Source: Octopus bimaculoides
Taxonomy: Eukaryota
NCBI RefSeq assembly: GCF_001194135.2
Contig: NC_068993.1
Location: forward strand, 64,616,360-64,680,359
Length of the DNA: 64,000 bases
Direction of reading: 5' to 3'
Shown here: positions 1-12,362 of the stretch, in pieces
Layout: every line of letters begins with the position of its first letter
Numbering within the stretch: position 1 is the first letter of the stretch
Position numbers and translations under genes: made by a program
The notes under the pieces: generated by a model
The model's input: the letters and a program-made list of their open reading frames with translations, nothing else
Told to the model about the DNA's origin: nothing
The model's database searches: none

Positions 1-127
1 CAATACAGATTCCCTTTTACTAATACAGATTCCCTTTTACTAATACAGATTCCCTTTTACTAATACAGATTCCCTTTTACTAATACAGATTCCCTTTTAC
101 TCATACAGATTCCCTTTTACTCATACA
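1..127. repeat. 20-bp minisatellite (TAATACAGATTCCCTTTTAC)n, 6 copies plus a partial; may extend left of the window
   Basis: Exact 20-nt period at 1, 21, 41, 61, 81, 101; first copy starts CAA, sixth starts TCA. Confidence 0.97.
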
Positions 128-644
128 CTACCCAACGAAACTTTTGTTATTGTTTTATAGTTTTTGCCGATCAGTAGCTTCCCTCTCCACACACGCATGA
201 ATACGATTACGTTTAAACTGACTGTTTGTGTCTGGTTGTACACACACACACTCACAGATAGATAGATAGATGCATAGATAGATACATAGATAGAAATAGA
301 TATATACGTACACACACACACACACATATCTGTGTGCGTATGTACGTATAAATCATCTGTATTTGTGCATATATATATATACATATGTATATAAATATAT
401 GTAGAAATGCACCTATGTTTGTACATGACTGTATCTATATATGTTTGCCAGTTTGTGTCTATAAAAGTGTAATTATGTGTTAGAGAGTTCTAGGTGGCGC
501 CACTTCACTATACTTAGTCTTTCAACTAATTTCGCTGCATTTTTTTTTTTTTTTTTTTTTTGTAGAATTTTCTATTTATAGTGATCGTCAGATTGTAAAC
601 GGGCCGTAATAATATAAAATAATCTTATTACCATTATTATTATT

Positions 645-851
645 CGGCCTGCTGGCAGAATCGTTAGCACTCCGGCAAAATGCATAGCACCGTTTCGTCC
701 GCTTTTGCATTCTGAGTTCTCAAATCCACCGAGGCCGATTTTGCTGTTCAGCCTTCAGTGATAAAATAAGGACCAGTTGAGCACTAGGGGCTATGCAATA
801 GATTTGCCCCTCCCCCAGAAAATTTCAGGTCTTGTGCCTATAGTAGAAAGA

Positions 852-890
<39 letters not shown>
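645..890 (+). mobile_element. tRNA-derived SINE, family A (ATT-repeat tail)
   Basis: A-box-like TGGCAGAATCGTTAG, B-box-like GAGTTCTCAAATCC, body GATAAAATAAG..CCAGTTGAGCACT, (ATT)n tail; related copies at 22011, 29780, 43174. Confidence 0.85.
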
Positions 891-892
<2 letters not shown>

Positions 893-1339
893 CTTTGTTT
901 TCTTTGTATTTCTTACTGAGTGTCTTTCCAACACCTAGGACAAAGAAGCTCACTGTATACATAGGTAGGCCATTAAAATAAGCATACAAGATTGTCCATT
1001 TACAAAGTCATATCATTAGTAGTAGTAGTAGTAGTAGTAGTAATGGTAGTAACTGCAACAGAGCAGAAGCAATGATCCTGATCGACTTAAATTGGTGAAT
1101 GAGCTTACTTGAAATTGAACTGTCAGCCTTTATACCGAAGAAGAGTAGAAAATTTTATCGCGTATCAACCTGCATAAATATCACACTGGTTGTAGGTTTT
1201 GCTCCTTTCTAAACGCATCAGATTCAACGATTAACTGTTTTAGAGCATTACACGAAGTTTCTTTATTTTAGCGTTCAAATCCCTCAGAGTTAGAATTTTC
1301 CTTTCGTCTATTCGGGGAGTGGAGATAACAAAAGTAAGA

Positions 1340-1390
<51 letters not shown>

Positions 1391-2399
1391 CTTTTACTAG
1401 TTTCACCTCGTGAGCTGCGGCGAGATATATTTATATATACATACAGATATATATTTACACATATAAATGCGTATCCATGGGCCACCACAAAGGTTTCCTT
1501 TTTTTTCTTATGTATCTATCTATCTATCTATCTATCCATATATATATATAATTTTATATACACACATACATACACACTACACACACACACACAAACATAT
1601 ATATATATATATATATAAATGTGTGTGTGTGTGTATACGCGTGTGCGTGTATGTATAATTGAAAGAAAACATAAAAGAAACCATTATTTCCCGTATGACT
1701 TTCCGTGATTTATTTCTCAAGAATTACGCTGCTTCTATTTATTCGAGATATTCTGCTGAAAGAATTGACATCATCGGTACATTTTCCTTTACTTTAATTG
1801 TTAGCAGAAAATTAACTTAAATCAGACGTGATTTATTTTTTTCCTTTTTATTGTTTAAAACAAAGCTGTTAGTTTCTTACTTGAGTTTGTCATTTATTCA
1901 CATGAAAAACTTTCATTAAAATTATTAATTAAACTTACGATGTAGCTTTGTTTTTCTTTATTTTATTACGAAATTGAAAAAGTACCTGAACTTCATTAGA
2001 ATGAGATAATTAATGGGAATATTTCAACTTGGCCACCTTACTTATGGATTGTTAACTCTAATGGCTTTTACATATGCCATTACTTACACAATATTTTCGC
2101 TTTGTTCAATAAACTCTTCAAAGACATCACAAGTTGTTGTCGAGCGACCCTAGTCATCTCTGAGAAAAATCTGAAGCATGGTAATCGATAATGGAACATA
2201 TCGGAAAACCCACATGTCTAGGGAAGTAAAAGACATGAAATGGAAATGCAATTCGATTTCTTGTAGATTTTGGTGTCGTTGTACTTTCTTTTTCTTTAAC
2301 CCTGGGTTAACCCACACTGAGCAGGCTTATGATCAAAAGTCTATCCATCACGTGTTATTTTCAGGAGTTGTATATCTGCGAGTGAATTGTCCATTGTGC

Positions 2400-2438
<39 letters not shown>

Positions 2439-4186
2439 TTGTTGTTGTTGTTGTTGTTTAGGTTTCAGATAAACCCAAATCCATTTATGATCAAAAGCTT
2501 TTTGTGTTTCTCTCGTCTTCCTCGCACTGCAATATGGGATTCTATCACTCTTTAAGATGGCAGGGTGTGATTTAAGGGTTATATTGGGTGGATCTAGGAA
2601 TCTCACGCAGGCATGCACTTTCTTTATCGAGGGCAGCGACGGTGTAGTTAAACCGTTTGTTTTGTAATGCGTAATGTGATATTAAGGCCGTAATGCATTC
2701 ATTTACACCAGCAGGTCTTTTCTTCATGAAGGATTACGTACAACTTGAAATTCTCCCATATTCATCAATTTTTTTCCTTTGAAAGTGTTTATAAATGGTT
2801 GTCGAAACACCTAAACAGGATCTGTGTTAAGCTTTTACACAGTTATTCGACGTAGTTCTATAGCAGAAATAACGACAGAACCAATGACAATTTTTCGTCT
2901 CACATTGCAATGTCGATAGTCCTCGGAGCATCCTCTTTCATTTTATCAATTACATTGGTTAGGATGTTTAGAAGTGGTATACACGTCCCGCCGAAACTGA
3001 AATGGGAATTATTAAGCTGTTTAACGAAAACTGATTTAGTTGCATTGAAGGAGACAAAATACATTGTCAGCTTGCTGAGATAGGAATCACACGAAGTATC
3101 AATATTTAAAATATTGAACTTCTCTGAACCTAATCAAATTGATAATTAAACTATCGTGTTTACTTTTTCACGATAAACGGAGAATCATAAACAGTCGACT
3201 TATTCAAATTTCAGTACTTTCAACACATTACGACTGTCTCCAGGCAGTCCTATGTATTTTCACTTCACATGAGTCGTTTCTTATATTATTGAATTTTCAA
3301 CGTTATATATGCGTTAATATGCGCGCGCGCGTGTGTGTAAAATTCTTATGGCTCTGTTAAGAACCGAAAGGCAATGTTTTTGATGCCTGTCATCTATTTA
3401 AATCGATTGGTCGTCAAGGTGAACATCAAAGACAAAATTCTGTTCAATTCCAAATGAAAACCAGACTGCAATCAAAAATGTAGGTTAGTGTTGACTTATT
3501 TTATGCGTTGGATATTAAAAAAAGACTAACTTGAAATACTCATATCGCGAGGAGAGAACAATGTTAGTCAACGAATAATACTAATATTCTATTTTGCAAC
3601 TCGGTATTGTTCTCATCTATTCAATGAAGCATATCCACGACAGGACTTTCCGAAGATCAAATATCAATCGGTGAATATACAAAATCCGATGCTGGTTAAT
3701 GTAGAATCTTTGTAAACTTTTAGAGAACAAATAACTCAGAGACACCATACGAAAGGAAAGCATCAACAAAGATATTTCATGTACGGTTGTGTGGATTCGA
3801 ATGTCGCAGGTGATATTACAACTGTCATGAGAGCGCGCGCACACACACACACGCACGCACACACGCATACACACTCTCAAACGCACACACACGCGTTTAT
3901 ATATATTGAAGGTACGTGCATATACTTATGTATGTCCTATGTATGTATGTACATATGCATGTATGTATCTATGTATGTATAAATGCACGTATGTATATTA
4001 TTATAGCTTAAGACCATGCAGATTGCGATCCCCGAACACCTCATCAATATGAAATCGTAGCTTCTAATTTCTAGGTTGAAAAATTCTAATCATCATTTAG
4101 TGAGGTGGTTAGTACGGCTTTACGTTTTACGGCAAATGCTAAGTTCGAATATTGCAAGGGAGCTTGCAAATTTTTACCGCCTTCTC

Positions 4187-4234
<48 letters not shown>

Positions 4235-4428
4235 CACCATCCGAGTGTGGTCAATGCCAGTGCCGCCTGACTGGCCCCCGTGTCGGTGACATGTAAAAAG
4301 CCCTCAGTACACTCTCGGAGTGGTTGGCGTTAGGAAGGGCATCCAGCTGTAGAAACCTTACCAGTCCTTAGTCAAACCGTCCAATCCATGCCAGCGTGGA
4401 AAGCGGACGTTGAACGATGATAATGATA
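4235..4428 (+). mobile_element. SINE family C, central domain and 3' part
   Basis: GGTTGGCGTTAGGAAGGGCATCCAGCTGTAGAAAC domain followed by AAACCGTCCAATCCATGCCAGCGTGGAAAGCGGACGTTGAACGATGAT tail; reverse copy at 18892-19142. Confidence 0.8.
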
Positions 4429-5755
4429 TCGTGTATGTATTTATACGAGTATGGACTGATGCACATAAATATACGTGCATTTGTTCATATATATGGCTGA
4501 GAACATTTCTTTTATACACATAAAAAACACAACTATATTAAAGTTTTATCTTTTCTATTAATATATTTGCACTTCATTTGAAACAGCAAACTTTTTTAAT
4601 TCCTTTTAAAACTTTCTAGATCTTTAAAGTTTTCCCCTTAGAATGCGAAGTATATTTAGTAGTTACACTAATGATATATTAATCATATTCGCTTAATACT
4701 AGAGAAAATTACATCCATTAACAACAATTCAGATCCTGAAAGTGATTTTGACAGTTTGCAGAAGTCGATGATAGATTTAGAAACTGTAGCGTTCAAAATA
4801 AACTGCAACGGCCGCGTACGAAAATATGTAAAAGAACGTAAATTGGTAATTGTAACTCAGAGTCGTTTTCAATGTCTGTGTGTGCGCGCGCGTGTGCGTG
4901 TTGATGCTCTCATACTTTAAAATCCATTCTTAGAAATTATAACGAAGAGTTTAGAAATCTAGAAAACCGAGATCCATCGTGTCAACAGGTCACAGTGAAC
5001 TGGAAGGTAGAGGCAAATAATATGCTGCTGTTGAATCAATTGTCTTTACTCCCACTTCCTTTCATATAATGAGCTTCATGACTAACAAATCTATAGTATT
5101 GATATCAATAAACATTTATGTACATACATTTGTTTATATCGATTTGGTTTTACATTCTAACCAAAGCGAAAATATAGAGAGATAGATTGTACAAGAATTA
5201 CTTGCCCCAGTTACAATACAACATAGAAAACATTTGAAAAGAAAGGGGTTCATTGTATTATGGGAAACACATTCAGTGCGAGTTTTGTTTAGGAAAAAAA
5301 AGTCGGTTTCTAAAACATAAATCATTGAATGAATAAAGAAATAAATAAGTCTAACGATTGATTGACTTATTTCATCGATTAAGGGAAATGCAAAAAAAGA
5401 ATGAGCATTTTAATGAAATTCTCTTGGTACAATTTGAACTCAAAATATTCATGGATCGTCTCACTAGAAACAAAGACAAATAAGCAAATATATTTCACTT
5501 GCTACTTGTGCAATAATTGAAGATTATTGAATTTATTCGGAGATTGATTCAAAGCAAACGCCATGTGCGACAAGCAATATCACGTCCTAGAATTGAATTC
5601 AATTTCGACTGAGCTCCTACACATATTTACATGCATAAATACATATATGCAGTCATATATACAAGAATACTTGAAAACATGTACACGCATGCATGAATAC
5701 ATACATACATACATACGATTGTTTGTATGTATATATATATGTGTGTGTGCGTGTA

Positions 5756-5804
<49 letters not shown>

Positions 5805-6089
5805 GTATGCACATACACATTGCCTAACTTCCAGTGAAAAGGCTTTGTTTCTGAGTTGGAGGATGGTTTTTATGATTGATAATTTTTGAAATAAATCTCC
5901 AACCTTAGTTTATTTAAAATAAGTCTTCAGCTCATCACCATTCTTAACCTTCGCTGCCCGGGTGAAGCTAGTTGCGAAGGAGAAAGGATAAATCAGCTTC
6001 AAATAAATAAATGCTGCTGCGTTGCAAGTGTTAAGTAGTTTTCTGTTTATAAATTGAAAAACATATACATACGTGTGTGTGTGTGTACA

Positions 6090-6109
6090 GTTCAAAATTA
6101 TACAAAAAG
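6090..6109 (+). other. Candidate 3' end of a 5'-UTR exon (donor AAG|GTAAGT at 6110), possible 172-nt intron to acceptor CAG ending 6281
   Basis: Consensus donor; acceptor TTTTGTACTCCAG; no ATG between 6282 and 6341. Exon start not determined. Confidence 0.25.
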
Positions 6110-6341
6110 GTAAGTGTTCAGGTATCTTTAAGGTTAATTTTCATCTAGACATTTTATAATTCTTGCGACTTTAAAATACCCGCCAGTGTTTGATTTGTAA
6201 ATCTTGGTATCGTGGCTTTTGTATTGGTTAATACAAATGCGTGGAAGCGACAATTTAATAATTTGTTGTTTTGTACTCCAGTCTCGTTTTTTGTGTTGTT
6301 TTTGATTTTTGTTTTCCTTTTCCCTTTCTCTGTTGTTGTTG

Positions 6342-6400
6342 ATGCTGTGCTATTTGCTATTATTGTTGTTGTTGTTTCCTTTCGGACTTGTGCTGACAGG
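6342..6400 (+). CDS. Putative coding exon 1 of CUB-domain gene: signal peptide MLCYLLLLLLLFPFGLVLT(G)
   Basis: ATG at 6342, Leu-rich h-region, small residues at the c-region, consensus donor AGG|GTAAGT at 6401, ends in phase 2. Caveat: the Leu run is a TTG microsatellite. Confidence 0.5.
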
Positions 6401-7477
6401 GTAAGTGTTTTATTATAAAACTTGGAAAGCTGCTTTAAAATAGCTCTTCCAATCTCTGCTCTTACCCCCACTGACATTTTGGTGGCAAATTTGACGTCAT
6501 ATTTGAAGACCTGAATAAATTTTACGACATAAATAAAACAAAATTATTCCCTAACGGCAAAAATAAGACGTTTAGACTTTACAAGACATATGGAGTAAAG
6601 ATTTTGATTACTTAATTTTAAAAGACAGTTTAAAACAAAAGTTACGAGCGACTGGAAAGCGAACACGTTGCTGGTACAACAACAATAACAACAACAACAA
6701 CTAAAAGCAGCAACAATAGTAATGATAATAACATTAGCAACAACAACAACGACGCCAAAACCGATGATCTATAGAATGATTTTGTCTGTGAAAGAGTTTG
6801 ACGATTGTGATGACGACGCAAAACGGTAGAGTGGTAGAGAAGACTATAAATACAAAGCGTTCATTATACAGCTTCTGGCGGAAAGAGAATGATGTTTGCA
6901 ACATAAATTGACTCAAACTGTTCTGTGAAACAACAATTAACTTAAAACTCTTTAAAGTTTTCATATTTAATGAAGGTCATAAAATGACCGAGTATGTAAT
7001 AGCATCAACTGTGAGTTTTCTGAGTTTTTTTTCTTTATGACTGTGCAAGACAAAGTAGCTTGTTCATTTTGCAACATATAGCGTCAAATTAGAATCTTTC
7101 ATGTTTTTAATGAGTAAAAATAATGTTTATAGTTGTATATGTGGCGTGTTACTATTATTTCGTGTCTATATCAAATCTGCCGTTTCTTTTTTGTTTTTTG
7201 TACTCAGTCTTGCGATTTTTTTTTTTTTTTTTTTTTNNNNNNNNNNTTTTTTTTTTTTTTGTTTTGTTATTTCTCATATCATCCCAACAAAATGGAAGAA
7301 ATGGAATTACGAGGCAAGTAACAAGTGACTCATAGTTTTTGGACTGTTTCACATTCTCAGAGGAGAGATTTTTCATCATGTCCCCACAGCCGTTTTTGAG
7401 GGCTGCATGAAAATCTACTGTTTTGCTATGATATAGATATAAAAGCGGTACTCCAGCATACATACATACATACATAA

Positions 7478-7516
<39 letters not shown>

Positions 7517-7520
7517 CATA

Positions 7521-7860
7521 TTCTCTTATTCTTTTACTTGTGTCAGTCGTCTAACTGCGACCATGCTGGAGCACCGACTTAAAGAGTTTTAGTCGAAGAA
7601 ATGACCGCAGGACTTATTCTTTGTAAGCCTAATACTTATCTTATTAGTCTCTTTTGCCGAACCATTAGGTTACGTAGACATAGACACATCAACATCGGTT
7701 GTCAAGCGACGGTGGAGGGAGAAACACAAATACACACACACACTCACACACACATACACACGCACACACATACATATACAACGGGCTTCTTTCAATTTCT
7801 GTCTACCAAATGCACTTAACTATAGCTCGAGGCTATAGTAGAAGACACTTGTCCAAGGAA
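7521..7860 (-). mobile_element. SINE family B with internal (CA)n, head truncated
   Basis: Reverse complement reads CCTTGGACAAGTGTCTTCTACTATAGCC..GGTAGACAGAAATTGAAAGAAGCCCG..(TG)n..GCTTGACAACCGATGTTG..AAGAATAAGTCCTG..GGTGCTCCAGCATGGTCGCAG..CAAGTAAAAGAATAAG; matches the 60655 copy. Confidence 0.85.
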
Positions 7861-7861
7861 G

Positions 7862-8852
7862 AAAGAGCCGTTACACTTGAGACGTCTGCTGCAGAGACAT
7901 AGAGCATGCTTTGGCAAGCTTACGGTGACGGGGCAATGAGTCGTACGCAATGTTTCGAGCGGCATGGGCGCTTCAAAAATAGAAGAATGTCCTGGGATGA
8001 TGATGAGCGATCCGGAAGACCTTCCACGACAGTCACCCCTGGAAATGTAGAGAAAATTCATCAGGATCGTCGGAGTTCAATGAATGTCATCGCTGATGTT
8101 GTTGGTTTGTTGTACGAGTCCTGTACGTGTCTCTGCCAGATTTGTCCCCCGTCTGCTGACCACTGAGCAGGAAGAACATCGCGTCGAAGTCGGTCAAAAT
8201 CCCGTCAGCCGAGGATGATCACCAGTGACGAGGGTTGGGTCTATGGGCACGACCTTGAGACAAAGCAGCAGTCGGTCGTCACAATGGAAGAGCCCTTCAC
8301 GATCGAAGAGGGCACGACATAGCTGCAGCTCAATCAAGAGCATGCTCATAGTTATTTCGCCATTCGCATCGAGAATTTGTCTCCCAGGGTCAGACCGTCA
8401 TTCGAGAATTCTGCTGCAACGTTTTCAAACGTCTGAGGGAGGACATTCAGCGAAAGGGACCGGATCTGTGGAGCGCGAAGTATTGGATACTTCACGACTC
8501 CGATGCACTCTGTCACTGAGCTCTCCTCACTCGTAAGTTTCTCGCCAAAAACATGGTATCGCCTTATTTAGCCCCTGCGGACTTCCATCTCTTCCCCAAA
8601 ATGAAAACATGGCTCATAGGTAATCGTTTGAACACCGTTATCAAGATCTAGAGGGAACAGCAAAACGTCCTCGACTCGCTTACGGAAAACGACTTTCAAA
8701 CTGGATTCCAAAAGTGGCAAGAATTCTGGGCCCGGTGTATTGCTGCGCAAGAGGACTATTTGGAAGGGGAGGATGTTAAAACTTAGGAAAATAAGTTATT
8801 ATTTTTTTAATTAAACATAACTTGTCCGGGAATTTCTTGATACCACCATTGT
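7862..8852 (+). mobile_element. Decayed mariner transposon, 5'-truncated, right TIR remnant
   Basis: Frames give MLWQAYGDGAMSRTQCFERHGRFK..DDERSGRPST (HTH), ITSDEGWVYGHDLETKQQS (first catalytic D), RLREDIQRKGPDLW, LAPADFHLFPKMK (third D), FQKWQEFWARCIAAQEDYLEG*; TIR-like GTCCGGGAATTTCTTGATACCACC at 8824-8847. Multiple stops and frameshifts. Confidence 0.93.
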
Positions 8853-8899
8853 GTGTGTGTATAATATATAAGTGTACATATATATATACATTACTATGA

Positions 8900-10150
8900 T
8901 TACTCGACAACTCAAATGTGGACGTAATATACCTTGACTTTGCAAAAGCTTCTGATAAAGTTGATCATGGTATGATATGCCACAAACTGCGTGATCTCGG
9001 CATAGCTGGAAAGCTTGGAGAGTGGTTACATGACTTTCTGAAAGATGGAAGTCAGGCAGTGGTGGCCAAAGGAATCACCTCAATGAAAGCACAAATAGTG
9101 AGTGGTGCTCTACAGGTCACTGTCTTGAGACCATTGCTTTTCATAGTAACCCTTTCAGATATGCCCTTAACTGCCCGGATAGCCACTCTTGTTAGATACG
9201 CAGACGATACGAAAGTCTCGCAGAAAATACAAAGCCCTAGCGATGTTGCACGCCTGCAGCAGGAGTTGGACTCAATTTACAGATGGGCTGAGGACAAGAA
9301 TGTACAGTTTAATGCTGGAAAATTCAAACCTCTGTGCTACCAGCTCCCAAAACTGAACATAAAACTTACAGGATACACTGGCCCACGGTGGGTTACAATC
9401 TCAGAACTTAAATCAGTGTGAGACCTGGAAATCGACATGATTGATGATGCCTCTTTCCAAATGTACATTACCGAGATGGGGACAAAGTGTAGACGGCTGG
9501 CTGGCTGGATGCTGAGAACCTTCAGAACCAGAGAGAAGGAAACCATGATGGTCCTCTTGACGATATTCGTCCTCAGTCGCCTGAACTATTGTTCACAGCT
9601 ATGGTCGCCTCACAGTGTAAAATTCACAACGGACCTTGAAGCAATCCAGCGAAGCTTCACAAATCAGATAGTCACATTGCAACAGCTCAGCTACTGGGAG
9701 AGGCTGAAGCGAAGGCGGGAGAGATATGCAGTAATACACATCTGGAAGATCCTAGAAGTGATTGTGCCAACTTTTGGCATTGAAAGCTATACAAGTTCCA
9801 GGGCGGGTCGACACTGCACAGTGCCAAAGATCCCAGCAATGCCGTCGCACTTCAGAACCAGTTATTGCAACAGCCTTGGTTTCAGGGACCTATAGCTTTT
9901 TAATGTTCGCCCAAAGAGCTTGAAAGACCTACACAAAGTAGATGTAGATGTTCTCAAATCTAAAACTGGATCTTTTCCTGTGCAGAGTCTCAGATGAATC
10001 TACCTCGTGGCAGGAGGCGAAATGAGGGCAGCGGCATCAAACTCCCTTATTCGCGAAATTGTACACACATTACAGGAGGCTCTCAATAATAACAGTGTAG
10101 CAAAACGACGTTGCCCAGCATGGCCACAGCTTTGAGCTCAAACTCATAAA
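8900..10150 (+). mobile_element. CR1/L2-group LINE, 5'-truncated (RT C-terminal half plus 3' end)
   Basis: DVIYLDFAKASDKVDH, SGALQVTVLRPLLF, YADDTK, SRLNYCSQLWSP, LSYWERLK; ORFs 8918-9421 and 9437-9895 are in one frame separated by a TGA at 9419-9421; 3' tail CCCAGCATGGCCACAGC..AAACTCATAAAA. Confidence 0.95.
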
Positions 10151-10171
10151 ACACACACACACACACACACA

Positions 10172-10738
10172 NNNNNNNNNNNNNNNNNNNNNNNNNNNNN
10201 NNNNNNNNNNNNNNNNNNNNNNNNNNNNNNNNNNNNNNNNNNNNNNNNNNNNNNNNNNNNNNNNNNNNNNNNNNNNNNNNNNNNNNNNNNNNNNNNNNNN
10301 NNNNNNNNNNNNNNNNNNNNNNNNNNNNNNNNNNNNNNNNNNNNNNNNNNNNNNNNNNNNNNNNNNNNNNNNNNNNNNNNNNNNNNNNNNNNNNNNNNNN
10401 NNNNNNNNNNNNNNNNNNNNNNNNNNNNNNNNNNNNNNNNNNNNNNNNNNNNNNNNNNNNNNNNNNNNNNNNNNNNNNNNNNNNNNNNNNNNNNNNNNNN
10501 NNNNNNNNNNNNNNNNNNNNNNNNNNNNNNNNNNNNNNNNNNNNNNNNNNNNNNNNNNNNNNNNNNNNNNNNNNNNNNNNNNNNNNNNNNNNNNNNNNNN
10601 NNNNNNNNNNNNNNNNNNNNNNNNNNNNNNNNNNNNNNNNNNNNNNNNNNNNNNNNNNNNNNNNNNNNNNNNNNNNNNNNNNNNNNNNNNNNNNNNNNNN
10701 NNNNNNNNNNNNNNNNNNNNNNNNNNNNNNNNNNNNNN
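10172..10738. other. Assembly gap (N run)
   Basis: Run of N directly after (CA)n. Confidence 1.
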
Positions 10739-11055
10739 TGTAGCATTCGGACTCTTCTCCAAACAACAAGCACAGTCTCCAGTTATTTTAATTTAAATAT
10801 CTTCAGAAAATATTTCATGAAATGACAGAAACAAAAAAAAAAAGACAAATGTAAAAACGGTTTCATTTGTTACTTAAATCTTATATCACTGCGCATGATC
10901 ACCGAGAATTAATTTTTACACAATAAAGAAATCGTGCGTAACATGCATAGAAAACTAATTTTTTACTAAATTAAATCTAATTTCAAACAATTACATACGA
11001 TTCTAAAAATTTAAGAAGAAGTATTTTCGTAGAAGTCTCCCCCCCCCCATGCGCG

Positions 11056-11090
<35 letters not shown>

Positions 11091-11174
11091 CATTACTACT
11101 AACAATAATTTATATAGCTAGTTACTAAAATTATATAATTCCTTCTGTTAGTGGAAGTTTTCAAGTCATGTATG

Positions 11175-11209
<35 letters not shown>

Positions 11210-11344
11210 ATACATATATATGCATACGTATATAGCAGAGAAGGAATTATTTAATTTTAGCAACTAGCTATAACAATTAATGTTAGTTTTAATCGTGTGT
11301 TTGTGTGTGTAGGGGGGGTTCTACGATAATATCTATGTGTGTAA

Positions 11345-11381
<37 letters not shown>

Positions 11382-11417
11382 TGTATATATATGTGTGTGT
11401 ATATAATATCTGTAAGC

Positions 11418-11466
<49 letters not shown>

Positions 11467-12259
11467 ATATAGATTTAATCAAAATATTAAATGTGGTACT
11501 TAAAATGTATGTGGCACCAGAATTTGGTAGGGTCAAAACCAAAAACAAAATCAAGAGATTTGGTGAATAAAATTTGAAGAAAAGCAACAAAAATGTATTA
11601 GGTTAAAGCAGTACGTACGTTTTGTACAAACTTCATTTATTTATGTAGTGAGAACACCACATAAGATGTGCAATGAAAATGTACTCCTCAGCTGCATAAT
11701 AGAAGTTAATTTCAGAAGGTCATTTTGTAAATGTGTGCAAATACAAGAGTAGGAGATGAAGAAAATACCATCTTGACTGGGCTGTTAAGGAACAGTAATG
11801 GAAGCAAATAAACATTGGATAAGTTTAGCTTCCAACATCAGGGTAGAAGACATCTTACATTTCAGGTTATGATGCAGAGGAGTTTAAATGTGGAGAGTAA
11901 GCAGTACTGGAGGGGAGTATGAGGTTCGGTGGTGTGTAAGGAGTGTTTCGTGCAGGGAAGGGTGCACTGTCTCAATATAAATACATATCTATACATATAT
12001 GCCTCAACATATCCTCCCTCTCCACGTTGTGTGTTTCTATGACAGTTTCCTTGCTTTGTGCGTAGACCGTTCCTCTTTTTCTACTCTGCACTCATGTTAA
12101 CTCTCTCTGTTTCTCTCTATTTCTTCCTTTCTCTCTTCTACTCTTCCTGTTTCAAGTACAATGAGAAATCAGCCAATCAAAAACTAACATTCATATCAAC
12201 TATTATCAGATACAGATTCTTTCTTGTATATTCCTATCTTTTTAAAGTTATTTTCCCCC

Positions 12260-12315
<56 letters not shown>

Positions 12316-12319
12316 TTAA

Positions 12320-12362
12320 TGGCTTCTGTCATCGGACAGCAGCCATGCTGGTGCATCGCCAT
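12320..12362 (-). mobile_element. SINE family B 3' tail fragment
   Basis: Reverse complement GGCGATGCACCAGCATGGCTGCTGTCCGATGACAGAAGCC, followed on that strand by (AAT)n. Confidence 0.6.

Noticed and set aside
1-127. CRISPR-like array
   Set aside because: Repeats are directly adjacent with no spacers; eukaryotic context; no cas genes.
645-760. tRNA genes at SINE heads
   Set aside because: A/B-box-like motifs continue into SINE bodies and tails and do not form a cloverleaf.
2296-2313. TTAA-CCC-T-GGG-TTAA palindrome as a collapsed piggyBac
   Set aside because: Too short to distinguish from chance.
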